Shown in pieces: positions 12,701 to 22,161 of a stretch of 64,000 nt of DNA; the stretch's first letter is position 1, and every line of letters begins with the position of its first letter. The DNA comes from Pseudoxanthomonas suwonensis (lineage in GTDB: Bacteria > Pseudomonadota > Gammaproteobacteria > Xanthomonadales > Xanthomonadaceae), in contig JAUNRQ010000003.1 in NCBI GenBank assembly GCA_030535605.1, positions 26,875-90,874 of the forward strand, written 5' to 3'. Position numbers and translations under genes: made by a program. The notes under the pieces were generated by a model, which saw only the letters and a program-made list of their open reading frames with translations, searched no databases and was not told where the DNA came from.

Positions 12701-13786
12701 CAACTGCGCGTCGCCACCGGTGCCGTGGGCCTGCAGGGCAATGCGCATCGGATTGGCGGCCGCAGGAGCATCCGCGCGGGCGAACAGGCCCGGATCCAGG
12801 GCTTCGGCATCGGCCAGCAACCGCCAGGCCGGCCGCTCGCGGCCTTCGACCCGCAACCGGGCACTGACCGCACCGGGCGCGCGGCCGGACAACGCCACGT
12901 CCAAATCGGTCACGTCGCCCTTGGCCACCAGCCCGAGGTACGGGCGGCTGTGGCCGGCCGGCGCAGGGAACACCGCGGTCACGGTCAGGTCGGTGGTGTA
13001 GTCGTCGGCGGGCGCGTAGTCGCCATGCGCGGTGAAGCGGCCGCGGTCGCTCTCCACCAGCACCTCGCGCAACGACAGCCTGCCGTCGCGTGCATCCAGC
13101 TCGCCGCGGATGTGCTGGATGTCGATGGTCGGCTCCCCGGCCGTGGTCACCCGCAAGCCATCCACGCGGATCGCCTCGGCATGCAGGTCCAGCGGCGGCT
13201 TGATCGCCGGCAGCGACTGCGGCCAGCGCGGCAACTCGAATGGCTCGTCCTCGCCCTCGGGCAGGTCCAGGGTGGCGTTGTCCACTTCCAGCGCGCGCAG
13301 GAACAGGGTGCGGCCCAGCAGCGGGCGAAGCGAAGGATGCAGCATCGCCCGCTCGGCGGTGAAGGTCGTCAGCCGCGGCGTGCTGCAGCCGGGGAACGCC
13401 ACCGGCTCGCCATCGCGGTCGGGGCAGCTGCGGTGGATGAAGCGAACCCCATGCAGGATCAACGGACCGCGCACCGGGCCCTCGGCCTTGTCGTACTGCA
13501 GTTCGGTACCGACCGGAAGGCGCAACTGGATCTGTGCCAGCAGGAAATCCCGGCCACCGATGGTGCTGACCATCCAGTACACCGCCACCGCCATCAGCAC
13601 CAGCACGGCCAAGGTCGACACGCCGCTGCGCACGGCGATCTTGCGACGGCGGCGGCGCGCCAGGCGGGCGAGCTCGGCGATGCGTTGCTCGCGCTGCTCG
13701 GGCGTGGCATCGCCGGGCAGCGGGTCCAGACCGTAGCGGCGGTAGCGCTGCCAGCGTGCGCGCCAGCCGGATGCGGACGCGGGCAT
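9797..13786 (-). CDS. tamB: Translocation and assembly module subunit TamB
   Basis: 1,329 aa from ATG 13786, which overlaps the tamA stop (TGATG). N-terminal TM helix (VSTLAVLVLMAVAVYWMV). Long beta-rich body. DUF490-like C-terminus (GRQLSPRLYVGYGVSLLGTGQVLMLKYMLRRGFDVQIESG). Confidence 0.85.
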   Translation of the reverse strand: MPASASGWRARWQRYRRYGLDPLPGDATPEQREQRIAELARLARRRRRKIAVRSGVSTLAVLVLMAVAVYWMVSTIGGRDFLLAQIQLRLPVGTELQYDKAEGPVRGPLILHGVRFIHRSCPDRDGEPVAFPGCSTPRLTTFTAERAMLHPSLRPLLGRTLFLRALEVDNATLDLPEGEDEPFELPRWPQSLPAIKPPLDLHAEAIRVDGLRVTTAGEPTIDIQHIRGELDARDGRLSLREVLVESDRGRFTAHGDYAPADDYTTDLTVTAVFPAPAGHSRPYLGLVAKGDVTDLDVALSGRAPGAVSARLRVEGRERPAWRLLADAEALDPGLFARADAPAAANPMRIALQAHGTGGDAQLQGRFEQGALVATVQPSRLHLEQQRLQVHELLVDVFGGRVRVQGEADFSDPENAGYDVAVVARELRWGGADGTPPIAANADLRLHGVRTDWNVDGTGVLLRDGLRADVELAGSGDARAMQVQRLVASMPSGRLDASGTVGWAPATHWNLDARLAGFDPGYFLPGWDGAVTGVLATDGKVDDGGVLRADVRLADLGGQLRARALDGHGQVRIDGDQYRGDIRLAIGASRIEARGTLADTLDVDARFSPLRLDDLLPSAAGVLRGEVHLGGARNAPDIRARLDGSGLRWNDYRADSLLVRGQLPWRGSGGDLRLVGSGVQVGLAMDSVNVHARGAVTALQAQADARGELGTLHLRASASERGGQWSGVLEQALLRPSTGASWQLDGPARFATGNGGFTLDRSCFSASGGGSLCADADWPRRGIDLRGTGLPLALAHAYLPDLEDGKAWRMRGTIDVDGRVRPVGNAWSGTAQVRAGPGGLRTEGSAHEVLAWNGIELDADFTPNRIVATLDAAVAAAGGRGDGGRVSARLATGWDAHAPLDGEIQANLTELSWVELFSPDIVDPTGRIEGRITLAGSRAQPSLGGSAQLTGFRAEVPSLALVLTEGTARLDALPDGSARIDGRLRSGEGTLAINGTLGWRGGDTPLVLNVRGSNVTLSDTRDLRAIADPDVVVRVQAGQPLDIRGTVTVRRAMMDLQRLSEGVGRSPDVVVLDPVDPARAQASQMAMDLALVMGDDVRLRGFGLDGRLGGRLRVLSQPGRETRGSGSLDVEGRYTAYGQRLDITRGQLVWSNAPISQPLLDVRAEREIGDVRAGIAVTGRPAQLEATAYSNQGGSQSDALSYLTLGRPMSGLTGEEARQVSAADAALTAGGSMLASQLGAQLGLDDAGIMHSRTAGSVFGIGRQLSPRLYVGYGVSLLGTGQVLMLKYMLRRGFDVQIESGTVENRGSVNWRHERGGPKVRASSDVQVDD

Positions 13787-15606
13787 CAGAACTCCGCCCC
13801 GAGGTTGAGGTGGATGGTGAAGGACGAGTCCGGGTTGTCCAGTCCGCGGCCGATGTCCAGCCGTACCGGTCCCACCGGCGAGCGCCAGCGCGCACCGAGG
13901 CCGACGCCGGTATGCCAGTCCGGATCGCGGCCGTTGAAGGCGCTGCCGCTGTCGACGAACGCGGCCACGCCCCACGGTCCTCCGCCGAAGTAGTGCTCGT
14001 ACTCGACGCTGGCCGTGACCACGTTTTCCGCACCGAGCGCGAACGCACCGCGACCGCTATCATCCTCGATCCGCGGACCGACCTCGCGCCACTGGTAGCC
14101 GCGGATCGAACGGTCGCCGCCGGCATAGAAGCGCAGGCTCGGCGCCAGGTCGATCACTTCGTCGGTGAAGGTGCGGCCCAGCTCGCCGCGCACGATCAAC
14201 CGCCCGGTCTGGCCGAAACCGCGATACCAGCTGGCGCGGGCGTGCACCTGGGCGAAGCTGGCATCGGAGCCGACGCTGTCGAGCCCGCCGCGCAGGGTCA
14301 GGCTGCCGCCGATGCCACGGCGCGGATCCAAGCGGTTGTCGACGTCGATGTATTCGGCGCGCAACGACGGGTAGAGGTAATTGGCGTAGCGGTAGCGGAT
14401 GTCCAGTGCGTCCGGATCAGGCACGGGATCACCCGGCTCCAGGCCCTGCACGTCGGTCGCGTAGGCCCAGCGTTCGCGCAATGCATGCACCGACGCCACC
14501 AGGTTCAACTGCGTGTTGTACTGGCCGCTGCGGCTGGCCACCAGCTCCAGGCGCCGGGTGTCGATGTAGTCGGTCTGTTCGTCGGCGAACTGCAACGAGC
14601 CGGTGTACCAGCCGTCCAGCCACGCGAATGCGGGAATCCGGTACTGGATGGTGGCGGTCTTGCGGAAACGCGCCCAATCCAGCTGCGCCAACGCCTTGTG
14701 GCCGCGCATGTTGACGTAGCGCCGCTCCAGTCCCAGCAGCACTCCGGGCCCGCTTTCGGTGCCGTAACTGGCACCAGCGGTGTACACGTCGCGCCTGGCC
14801 GGGACCAGGGTCACGTCCACCGGCACTTCGTAATGTTCGGCCTCGTCGATCCGCGGGACGATGTCGATGCTGCGGAAGTAGTCCAGCCCCACCAGCGAAC
14901 GCCGCAGCCGGTCCAGGCGTCCCTGGTGGTAGTACTCGCCCTGCTCCCAGTACACCAGCCGCTGCAGCAAGCGATCGTGGACCACCGGCGCCGGGGTCTG
15001 CTCGAAGTGGATCTCGCCCATGTCGTAGCGTTCGCCGCTGTCCCAGCGCAGGTCGATGTCGGCGGCGTGCTCGGCACGCGTGACCTCGACCCGACGGGCA
15101 AGGAAGTCGGCGTCGAAGTAGCCACGCTCCGCCAGGCGCCGGGTGATGCGCGTGCGACCGGCCTCGTAGACGCGGTGGTCCAGCACCGCGCCGACCTCGG
15201 GCCGGAAGGCCTCGACTTCCTCGCGCAGGTAACGGTCGTCGCTGCCATCGCCTTCGATCACCACCGAACGCTCGCGCACCCGCACCGGCTCGCCCGGCTG
15301 CACGTCGACCGTGACGACCAATGCACCTTCGGCGCCGGCACGGGTGACGCGGATCACTGGCGAGTAATGGCCGAACGGCTCCAGCGCCTCGCGCGCCTCG
15401 TCGTCGGCGACGTCCAGCAGGTACTCCAGCCGGCGGGCGCTGACCTCGCGACCGATGGCATCCTCCAGCGACAGGTTGTGGCGCACGTTCTCGCCCATCT
15501 CCTCGTCCAGGCCGCGGATTTCCACGCGGCTGACGGTAGCGGCCTGGGCAACACCGGCGGCGAACGCGAGCAGCAGCGCGAGGGCGGGACGAAGGCGGGC
15601 AGGCAT
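13786..15606 (-). CDS. tamA: Translocation and assembly module outer-membrane subunit TamA (Omp85 family)
   Basis: 606 aa from ATG 15606. Signal peptide MPARLRPALALLLAFAAGVAQA. POTRA-like N-terminus. Omp85 barrel ending in terminal Phe (LNLGAEF). The track ORF is over-extended by 189 codons into antisense of glyS. Confidence 0.85.
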   Translation of the reverse strand: MPARLRPALALLLAFAAGVAQAATVSRVEIRGLDEEMGENVRHNLSLEDAIGREVSARRLEYLLDVADDEAREALEPFGHYSPVIRVTRAGAEGALVVTVDVQPGEPVRVRERSVVIEGDGSDDRYLREEVEAFRPEVGAVLDHRVYEAGRTRITRRLAERGYFDADFLARRVEVTRAEHAADIDLRWDSGERYDMGEIHFEQTPAPVVHDRLLQRLVYWEQGEYYHQGRLDRLRRSLVGLDYFRSIDIVPRIDEAEHYEVPVDVTLVPARRDVYTAGASYGTESGPGVLLGLERRYVNMRGHKALAQLDWARFRKTATIQYRIPAFAWLDGWYTGSLQFADEQTDYIDTRRLELVASRSGQYNTQLNLVASVHALRERWAYATDVQGLEPGDPVPDPDALDIRYRYANYLYPSLRAEYIDVDNRLDPRRGIGGSLTLRGGLDSVGSDASFAQVHARASWYRGFGQTGRLIVRGELGRTFTDEVIDLAPSLRFYAGGDRSIRGYQWREVGPRIEDDSGRGAFALGAENVVTASVEYEHYFGGGPWGVAAFVDSGSAFNGRDPDWHTGVGLGARWRSPVGPVRLDIGRGLDNPDSSFTIHLNLGAEF

Positions 15607-15697
15607 CAGGCAAGGATACCGAGCGACCGTGCACACCCGGTTAACGCAGCGGCGGCGAAACACCCGCCGTGGCCACGCCAGCCGGTTGCCGTCGGCC

Positions 15698-17773
15698 TCA
15701 GCCGGACAGGTGCTCGATCGCGGCGACGGCCCCGAGGCGTTGCGACAGCCGCTGCAGCAGCGCCTGCCGATTGCCGCGCACGGCCGGATCATCGGCGTTG
15801 ACCATGACCTGGTCGAAGAACGCGTCGACCTGCGGCCGCAACTGCGCCAGGCGGCTGAGCACGGCGACGTAATCACGCCGGGCCAGGGCCGGGTCGGTAT
15901 CGGCGATCGCCGCGTCGACCGCCGCCGCCAGGGCACGCTCGGCATCTTCGGCGAACAACGCCGCATCCACGCGATCGGCGATGGCACCATCGACCTTGCG
16001 CAGGATGTTGCCGATGCGCTTGTTGGCCGCGGCCAGCGCCTCGGCCTCGGGAAGCGCGGCGAACTGCCGCAACGCCTGCAGGCGGGCGTCGAAATCCGGC
16101 AGCGAGTCGTGGACCACGCCCAGCACCGCGTCGAACTGTTGCGGCGTGACCCCGGCGTCGGCGTAATAGCCACGCAGGCGCTCGTACACGAAGCGGGTCA
16201 GCTCCAGCACGCCCGCCGCATCCAGTGCCACCGGCTGCAACGCCGCCGCCTGTTGCAGCAGATCGTGCGGCAGCAAGTCGAAGCCGCCTTCAAGCAGCGT
16301 CCGCGCCAGCCCCAGCGCGTTGCGACGCAGGGCGAACGCATCCTTGTTGCCGGTCGGCTTCAACCCGGCGGCAAAGCCACCGGCGAGGGTGTCCAGGCGG
16401 TCGGCAACGGCCAGCACCTGGCCCAGGCGCGAGGGCGCGATGGCATCGCCACCGAAGCGCGGCATCCACGCCTGGTCGATGGCATCGGCGACCGCCGCCG
16501 GCTCGCCGGCGGCCAACGCGTAGTGGCGCCCGGCGATGCCTTGCAGCTCCGGAAACTCGTTGACCATCCGCGACTGCAGGTCATTCTTCGCCAGCTGGGC
16601 GGCACGCCGTGCCTGCGCCGGATCAACCCCCGCGTCGGCGGCGATGGCTTCGACCAACGTCGTCACCCGCGCCACCTTGTCGGCGGTGCTGCCGAGCCTG
16701 GCCTGGTAGGTGACGCCCGCCAGTCCTTCGCCCATCGCCTCCAGGCCCTGCTTGAGGTCTTCCTCGAAGAAGAAGCGCGCGTCGGCGAAGCGCGGGCGGA
16801 TGACGCGTTCGTAGCCCTTGCGCACCTCGGCCACGTCCCGGGATTCGATGTTGGCGATGCCGACGAAGTGCTCGGTCAGCGCGCCATTGGCATCCAGCAC
16901 CGGGAAATACTTCTGGTTGGCTTCCATCGTCGCGATCAGCGCCTCGGCCGGCACTGCGAGGAATTCGGGGTCGAACGCACAGCCGACCGCGACCGGCCAT
17001 TCGACCAGGCAGTTGACCTGTTCGAGGTTGTCGTCTTCGATGCGGGCCTTGCCGCCGACGGCCTGGGCCGCGGCCTCGACCTCGCGCACGATCCGCGCGC
17101 GGCGCTCGTCGGCATCCACCAGCACCTTCGCCGCGCACAGCGCCTCCACGTACGCCGCTGGGGCATCCACCGCCACCGGCGCATCGTGCATGAAGCGGTG
17201 GCCACGGCTGTGGCGGCCGCTGCGCACGCCCATCACTTCGGCATCGACCACCTCGTTGCCCAGCAGCACCAGCAGCCAGTGCACGGGGCGGGCGAAGGCG
17301 AAGTCGTCCGCGCCCCAGCGCATCGGCTTGGGGATCGGCATCGCGGCGATGGCCTCGTCGAGCACATCCGGCAGCAATGCGGCGGTGGCTTCGCCGGGCC
17401 GCACGGCGCGGTGGACGAAGCGCTCGCCCTTGGCGTCGGTCATCGTTTCCAGTGCCGTCCAGTCCACGCCGGCCTTGGCCGCGAAACCCTGCAGCGCACG
17501 GGTGGGCTGGCCATCGGCGTCCAATGCGATGTTCCGATAGGGCCCCAGGACCTCGCTGTGCTGCTGCGGCTGGCGCACCGCCACCGCCGGCAGCAGCAGC
17601 GCGAGACGGCGCGGCGTGTACAGCGGACGGGCATCGCCGCGCTCGACGGTGATGCCGCGCTTCTCCAATGCGCCGACGACGCCGTCGAAGAACGCACGGG
17701 CCAAGCCCGGCAGCGCCTTGACCGGCAGTTCGTCGGTTCCCAGTTCGATCAGCAGCGGACGTTGCTCGCTCAT
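15698..17773 (-). CDS. glyS: Glycine--tRNA ligase beta subunit
   Basis: 691 aa, full-length GlyS-like ([21 protein letters not shown]...). Lies directly downstream of glyQ. Confidence 0.97.
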   Translation of the reverse strand: MSEQRPLLIELGTDELPVKALPGLARAFFDGVVGALEKRGITVERGDARPLYTPRRLALLLPAVAVRQPQQHSEVLGPYRNIALDADGQPTRALQGFAAKAGVDWTALETMTDAKGERFVHRAVRPGEATAALLPDVLDEAIAAMPIPKPMRWGADDFAFARPVHWLLVLLGNEVVDAEVMGVRSGRHSRGHRFMHDAPVAVDAPAAYVEALCAAKVLVDADERRARIVREVEAAAQAVGGKARIEDDNLEQVNCLVEWPVAVGCAFDPEFLAVPAEALIATMEANQKYFPVLDANGALTEHFVGIANIESRDVAEVRKGYERVIRPRFADARFFFEEDLKQGLEAMGEGLAGVTYQARLGSTADKVARVTTLVEAIAADAGVDPAQARRAAQLAKNDLQSRMVNEFPELQGIAGRHYALAAGEPAAVADAIDQAWMPRFGGDAIAPSRLGQVLAVADRLDTLAGGFAAGLKPTGNKDAFALRRNALGLARTLLEGGFDLLPHDLLQQAAALQPVALDAAGVLELTRFVYERLRGYYADAGVTPQQFDAVLGVVHDSLPDFDARLQALRQFAALPEAEALAAANKRIGNILRKVDGAIADRVDAALFAEDAERALAAAVDAAIADTDPALARRDYVAVLSRLAQLRPQVDAFFDQVMVNADDPAVRGNRQALLQRLSQRLGAVAAIEHLSG

Positions 17774-17878
17774 TCGGTTGACTCGTCGTGGTTCAGGCCC
17801 GTTCCCGATCCCGGGAGAGGGCAGGGGCAGGGGCGCTGTTCGACAGGCGCCCCGAAAAGTGCAGTCGCGGTCGTGCGC

Positions 17879-18781
17879 TCAAGCCGCCTGTCGGCGCAGG
17901 CCGGGAAAGCCCAGCGCTTCACGTTGCGCCAGATAGGCCTGCGCCACCGCCTGCGCCATCTTCCGCACCCGCAGGATGTAGCGCTGGCGCTCGGTCACGG
18001 AGATCGCGCGCCGCGCATCCAGCAGGTTGAAGCTGTGCGAGGCCTTCATCACCTGCTCGTAGGCCGGCAGCGGCAGGTCGGCATCGACCAGCGTCATGGC
18101 CTCGGCTTCGCAGGCGTCGAAGCGGTGGAACAACTCGGCGACGTCGGCATGCTCGAAGTTGTAGGTGCTCTGCTCGACTTCGTTCTGGTGGTAGACGTCG
18201 CGGTAGGTCACCGGCGTGCCGTCGGGGCCGTGGGTCCAGACGATGTCGAACACGTCATCGACGTTCTGCAGGTACATGCACAGCCGTTCCAGGCCGTAGG
18301 TGATCTCGCCCAGCACCGGGCGGCATTCCAACCCGCCAGCCTGCTGGAACCAGGTGAACTGGGTCACCTCCATGCCGTTGAGCCAGACTTCCCAGCCCAG
18401 ACCCCAGGCGCCCAGGGTCGGCGATTCCCAGTTGTCCTCGACCAGCCGCAGGTCGTGCACCTGCGGATCGATGCCCAGCGCCTCGAGCGAGTCGAAGTAC
18501 AACTCGACGATGTTGTCCGGCGCCGGCTTCATCACCACCTGGTACTGGTAGTACCGCTGTAGGCGGTTGGGGTTCTGGCCGTAGCGGCCATCGGTGGGCC
18601 GCCGGCACGGTTGCACGTAGGCCGCGTTCCACGGCTCCGGACCCAGCGAGCGCAGGAAGGTGGCCGGATGGAAGGTGCCGGCCCCGACCTCCAGGTCCAG
18701 CGGCTGGATCAGCACGCAGCCGGCGTCGGCCCAGAACCGGTTCAGTTGCTGGATGAGTTGCTGGAAGGTGGGCGCGGCCAT
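17879..18781 (-). CDS. glyQ: Glycine--tRNA ligase alpha subunit
   Basis: 300 aa. [39 protein letters not shown] closely resembles the enterobacterial GlyQ N-terminus. Confidence 0.97.
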   Translation of the reverse strand: MAAPTFQQLIQQLNRFWADAGCVLIQPLDLEVGAGTFHPATFLRSLGPEPWNAAYVQPCRRPTDGRYGQNPNRLQRYYQYQVVMKPAPDNIVELYFDSLEALGIDPQVHDLRLVEDNWESPTLGAWGLGWEVWLNGMEVTQFTWFQQAGGLECRPVLGEITYGLERLCMYLQNVDDVFDIVWTHGPDGTPVTYRDVYHQNEVEQSTYNFEHADVAELFHRFDACEAEAMTLVDADLPLPAYEQVMKASHSFNLLDARRAISVTERQRYILRVRKMAQAVAQAYLAQREALGFPGLRRQAA

Positions 18782-18855
18782 GGGGCGGGCGATATCGGCG
18801 AAAATGGGCTGTTCAGTATAGCGGTGCCCCTGCCAGCACCCGACTCAGAGTCGAC

Positions 18856-19581
18856 ATGCACGCTCCGTTCCTGATCCTCGAAACCGGCCAGCCGATCGCC
18901 TCGTTGCGACGCCACGGCAGCTTCGCCCACTGGGTGCGGGTGGCGAGCGGGCTCGGTCGCGACGATGCCATCGCCATCGATGTGGAAGGCGGCGACGCGC
19001 TGCCTGGCCACGAGGGCTGGGCCGGCGTGCTGGTGACCGGCTCGGCGGCCATGGTGACCGAGCAGCTGGACTGGAGCGTCGCCACTGCCGCCTGGCTGCG
19101 CCAGGCCGTGGACCGGGCGCTGCCGGTGTTCGGTATCTGCTACGGCCACCAGTTGCTGGCCCATGCGCTGGGCGGCGAGGTCGGCCCCAACCCGGCAGGC
19201 CGGCAGATGGGGACCATCGAAGTGACGCTGACCGAGGCGGCGGCCGACGATGTGCTGTTCCGTGGTTTGCCGCCGCGCTTCCGCGCCCAGGCCACGCACC
19301 TGCAGTCGGTGCTGGTGCCACCGCCCGACGCGGTGGTACTGGCGCGTGCCGACCGCGATCCGTGCCACGCCTTCCGGGTCGGGCCGTCGGCTTGGGGCGT
19401 GCAATTTCATCCCGAGTTCCCGGCGGCGGTCATGCGCGGCTACGTGCAGGCAAGGGCCGACGCGTTGCAGGCCGAGGGCCAGTGCCCGCAGCAGTTATCG
19501 CGTACCATCGCGGCGACGCCTCGCGCCCGCGAGGTGCTGCGCCGCTTCGTGCGTCACACAAGAGGTGCAGCGCGCGGCTGA
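18856..19581 (+). CDS. Class I glutamine amidotransferase-like protein
   Basis: 241 aa. Nucleophile elbow VFGICYGHQLLAHALGG. C-terminal HPEF motif (WGVQFHPEF). Confidence 0.85.
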   Translation: MHAPFLILETGQPIASLRRHGSFAHWVRVASGLGRDDAIAIDVEGGDALPGHEGWAGVLVTGSAAMVTEQLDWSVATAAWLRQAVDRALPVFGICYGHQLLAHALGGEVGPNPAGRQMGTIEVTLTEAAADDVLFRGLPPRFRAQATHLQSVLVPPPDAVVLARADRDPCHAFRVGPSAWGVQFHPEFPAAVMRGYVQARADALQAEGQCPQQLSRTIAATPRAREVLRRFVRHTRGAARG

Positions 19582-19643
19582 CGCGTGCTGCCAAGGGGCA
19601 CAAAGCGTCCGATTTCGAACCGCTTCTTCAACGGGGAACAGCA

Positions 19644-20507
19644 ATGCAGGCACGCAAGGTGAGGATGTCGTCGGGTGCACAGTGGCTGTTGGACGGCTTC
19701 GGCCTGCTGCGGCGTTCGCCGCTGGGACTGGGGCTGCTGGGGGCGATCTTCGGCCTGATCGTGGTATTGCCCAGTCTGCTGGTCAGCCAGGGCGCGGCGG
19801 CGATGGTCGCGCAACTGTTGCTCATCATCGCCGGTCCGCTGCTGCTGGGTGGCTTGGTGTGGGCGGTGCGCGAGGTGGACGCCGGTCGTCAGGCGCGCAC
19901 CGGCCACCTGCTGCAGGGCTTGCAGGACGGCAAGGCCCCGCGCCTGCTGGCCACGCTGCTGCCGCAATGGATCGTGCTGTTGCTGGCCGCCGTGTTGCTG
20001 GTGCTGCTGGTGGGTACCGGCAACCTGCAGACGATGCAGCAACTCGCGGAAACCATGCAGGCCGGTGGCCAGCCCGACCAGGCATTGATGCAAAGCCTGC
20101 CCTTCGGTCGCCTGATGTTGTGGCTGCTGGCGCTGCTGGTGCTGGGCATCGGCGCCGCATTCGCCACCTTCGTGGCCATCCCGACCATCATGTTCAGCAA
20201 CACCGGCGGCATCGCCGCGATGCGCCAGAGCCTGCGCGCGTGCGCGCGCAACACCGGCGCGATGATCGTGTTCCTGGTGCTGCTGGTGATCGCCGCAATC
20301 GGCATCAGCCTGGCGGCGCAACTGGTCGGCTTCATCGCGTCGCTGGCCGGCCAGAAGGCCATGCTGCTCGTGGTCAACGTGCTGCTGATGGCGGTGCTGA
20401 TGCCGGTCTACGCCGGTGCCGCGTACTCGGCGTGGAAGCAGTTCTTCGGCCATGACGGCGAGGGTGCCGTGCCGGCGCTGCCGCAGGAGCACGGCTTCCA
20501 GGCCTGA
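19644..20507 (+). CDS. Polytopic membrane protein, unknown function
   Basis: 287 aa from ATG 19644 (MQARKVRMSSGAQWLLDGFGLL...), preceded by GGGGAA. At least 5 hydrophobic helices. The track ORF is over-extended by 94 codons. Confidence 0.65.
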   Translation: MQARKVRMSSGAQWLLDGFGLLRRSPLGLGLLGAIFGLIVVLPSLLVSQGAAAMVAQLLLIIAGPLLLGGLVWAVREVDAGRQARTGHLLQGLQDGKAPRLLATLLPQWIVLLLAAVLLVLLVGTGNLQTMQQLAETMQAGGQPDQALMQSLPFGRLMLWLLALLVLGIGAAFATFVAIPTIMFSNTGGIAAMRQSLRACARNTGAMIVFLVLLVIAAIGISLAAQLVGFIASLAGQKAMLLVVNVLLMAVLMPVYAGAAYSAWKQFFGHDGEGAVPALPQEHGFQA

Positions 20508-20600
20508 CGCCGCCCGCCAATCGCCCGGTGCCACCGGGTGATCGATGCGCCACCACCCTGCCGCTCCTGCCGCTGACAGGGTGACGCGGCACCTGCCCGG

Positions 20601-21383
20601 TCAACTGCGTCCGGCGCTCGCGTCGCGCGCCCTGCGGCTGCGCTCGAGCATGCGCGAAGCCACCAGCCCGACTTCGTACAACAGGCACATCGGGATGGCC
20701 ATCATCACCATGGAAATGCCGTCGCCGGGGGTGATCAGCATGGCCACCAGGAAGATCGCGATGATCGCGTAGCCGCGCGCGTGTGCCAGCTGTGCGGCGC
20801 TCACCCAGCCCAGCAAGACCAGGATGAACACCGCCACCGGCACCTGGAAGGCCAGCCCGCAGGCCAGCGCGATGACGGCGACGAAGTCCAGATAGCGGCC
20901 GATGTCGGTCATCACCGCGACCCCGTCCGGGTTCATGCCCAGCAGGAACTTGAACATCACCGGCAGCAGCAGGAAATAGGCGAACGCGAAGCCGATGTAG
21001 AACAGGCCCACGGCCGAGACCAGCAGCGGCACGGCCAGGCGTTTTTCGTGTCTGTACAGCCCCGGCGCGACGAAGGCCCAGGCCTGGTACAGCAGCACCG
21101 GCATGGCGATCAGCAGGGCCGCGTAGAGGGTCAGCCGCAGCGGCACGGTGAGCGGTGCCAAGGGATCGATCGCCACCATCTGCCCGCCACTGGGAGCCAG
21201 CGGCAACGCCGCCAGCAGCGGCTCGGCGAGCTGGGTGTACAGCTCGCGGGTGAACGGCAACAACGCGGCGAACACCACGATCACCGCGAGCACCCCGCGC
21301 AACAGGCGCGCGCGCAACTCGACCAGATGCGCCAGCCAGCCGGCCAGGCCTTCGGCGTCGGCGTCAGTTCCGGGGCTGGTCAT
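20601..21383 (-). CDS. tatC: Twin-arginine translocase subunit TatC
   Basis: 260 aa from ATG 21383, six-helix TatC-like layout. Start overlaps the tatB 3-prime end by 20 nt. Confidence 0.92.
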   Translation of the reverse strand: MTSPGTDADAEGLAGWLAHLVELRARLLRGVLAVIVVFAALLPFTRELYTQLAEPLLAALPLAPSGGQMVAIDPLAPLTVPLRLTLYAALLIAMPVLLYQAWAFVAPGLYRHEKRLAVPLLVSAVGLFYIGFAFAYFLLLPVMFKFLLGMNPDGVAVMTDIGRYLDFVAVIALACGLAFQVPVAVFILVLLGWVSAAQLAHARGYAIIAIFLVAMLITPGDGISMVMMAIPMCLLYEVGLVASRMLERSRRARDASAGRS

Positions 21384-21801
21384 GGTCCTCGTGCTCGCCG
21401 CTGTCCGGTGGCGGCAAGGCGGCCGCTGCCGGTGCGTGGTCATCGACGCGCGGCGCGGCGGCATCGCCGGCCGGCGGCATCTTGGCCACGGATTCCAGTT
21501 CCTCGCCCGCGGCACGCAGGCGGCTGCCGGTCTCGCGGACCGCGGCATCGGCCTGGCGTGCGGTGTCCTGCAGGGAGCCGCGCACATCCTCCGCCACCTC
21601 GCGCGCCTGTTGCAGGCTGCGCCTGAGTTCGTCGGCCGCCATCTCGCGCTCGAATTCACCCTTCACCGCGAACCATTGCGCACGCGCCTTGCGCACCCAC
21701 AGGCCGACGAAGCGCGCGGCGCGCGGCAGGCGCTCGGGGCCGAGCACCAGCAACGCGACCACCGCAAGGATCACCAGTTCGGGAAAGCTGACTTCAAACA
21801 T
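21364..21801 (-). CDS. tatB: Twin-arginine translocase subunit TatB
   Basis: 145 aa. MFEVSFPELVILAVVALLVLGPERLP is a typical TatB N-terminus. Confidence 0.9.
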   Translation of the reverse strand: MFEVSFPELVILAVVALLVLGPERLPRAARFVGLWVRKARAQWFAVKGEFEREMAADELRRSLQQAREVAEDVRGSLQDTARQADAAVRETGSRLRAAGEELESVAKMPPAGDAAAPRVDDHAPAAAALPPPDSGEHEDHDQPRN

Positions 21802-21847
21802 GGCCGCAGGTCATGGCCGCACACCGCGGTCGCGGGCACGCGACGGG

Positions 21848-22084
21848 TCAATCGCGGCGGTCGCCGGCGGCGCGGCTGTCCCGGGTGCGGTCCGCTTCGC
21901 GGGTGGTGCCGGGCGGCGGATCGTCCTTGCCAAGCTGGCCAGGTGGCGGCTCCGGTTCGGCCATGCCCTTCTTGAAACCCTTGATCGCGCCGCCCAGGTC
22001 CTCGCCGATGTTGCGCAGGCGCTTGGCGCCGAACACGATCAGCACGATCAGCAGCAGGATCAGCAATTCACGCCAGCCCACCAT
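21848..22084 (-). CDS. tatA: Twin-arginine translocase subunit TatA
   Basis: 78 aa. [35 protein letters not shown] is the TatA/E signature. Confidence 0.9.
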   Translation of the reverse strand: MVGWRELLILLLIVLIVFGAKRLRNIGEDLGGAIKGFKKGMAEPEPPPGQLGKDDPPPGTTREADRTRDSRAAGDRRD

Positions 22085-22161
22085 CGCCTTCCACCTTCAA
22101 ACCGGATCCGACCACAAGGATACCGCAGCGCCGGCCCGGCACCGCGGCGCGGCCACGGCGC

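Noticed and set aside
10673-13993. 1,106-aa ORF on the plus strand, antisense to tamB
   Set aside because: It has no recognisable motifs and an Arg/Ala/Gly/Gln-rich composition typical of antisense frames in high-GC DNA. The opposite strand encodes a clear TamB with TM anchor, DUF490-like C-terminus and tamA coupling.
13786-16173. Over-extended track ORFs (tamA 13786-16173; dehydrogenase 25396-27435; ackA 31498-33729; uvrD 61418-63967, and others)
   Set aside because: The upstream parts overlap neighbouring genes and lack homology. Internal ATGs coincide with signal peptides, homolog N-termini or stop/start overlaps, so the shorter models were used.
15455-18562. 1,035-aa plus-strand ORF antisense to glyS/glyQ. 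Similar long antisense ORFs occur at 44465-46996, 56873-59743, 61349-63604, 49544-51649, 37261-38922 and 8062-9828.
   Set aside because: Each overlaps a gene with unambiguous conserved motifs on the other strand. Their compositions are low-complexity Arg/Ala/Gly/Pro-rich, and none shows signal peptides or catalytic motifs.
19604-19622. tRNA T-loop-like GGTTCGAAATCGGA on the minus strand
   Set aside because: It lies in a 62-bp intergenic spacer, too short for a tRNA. It has an extra A relative to the GGTTCGAATCC consensus, and no acceptor or anticodon stems can be drawn.
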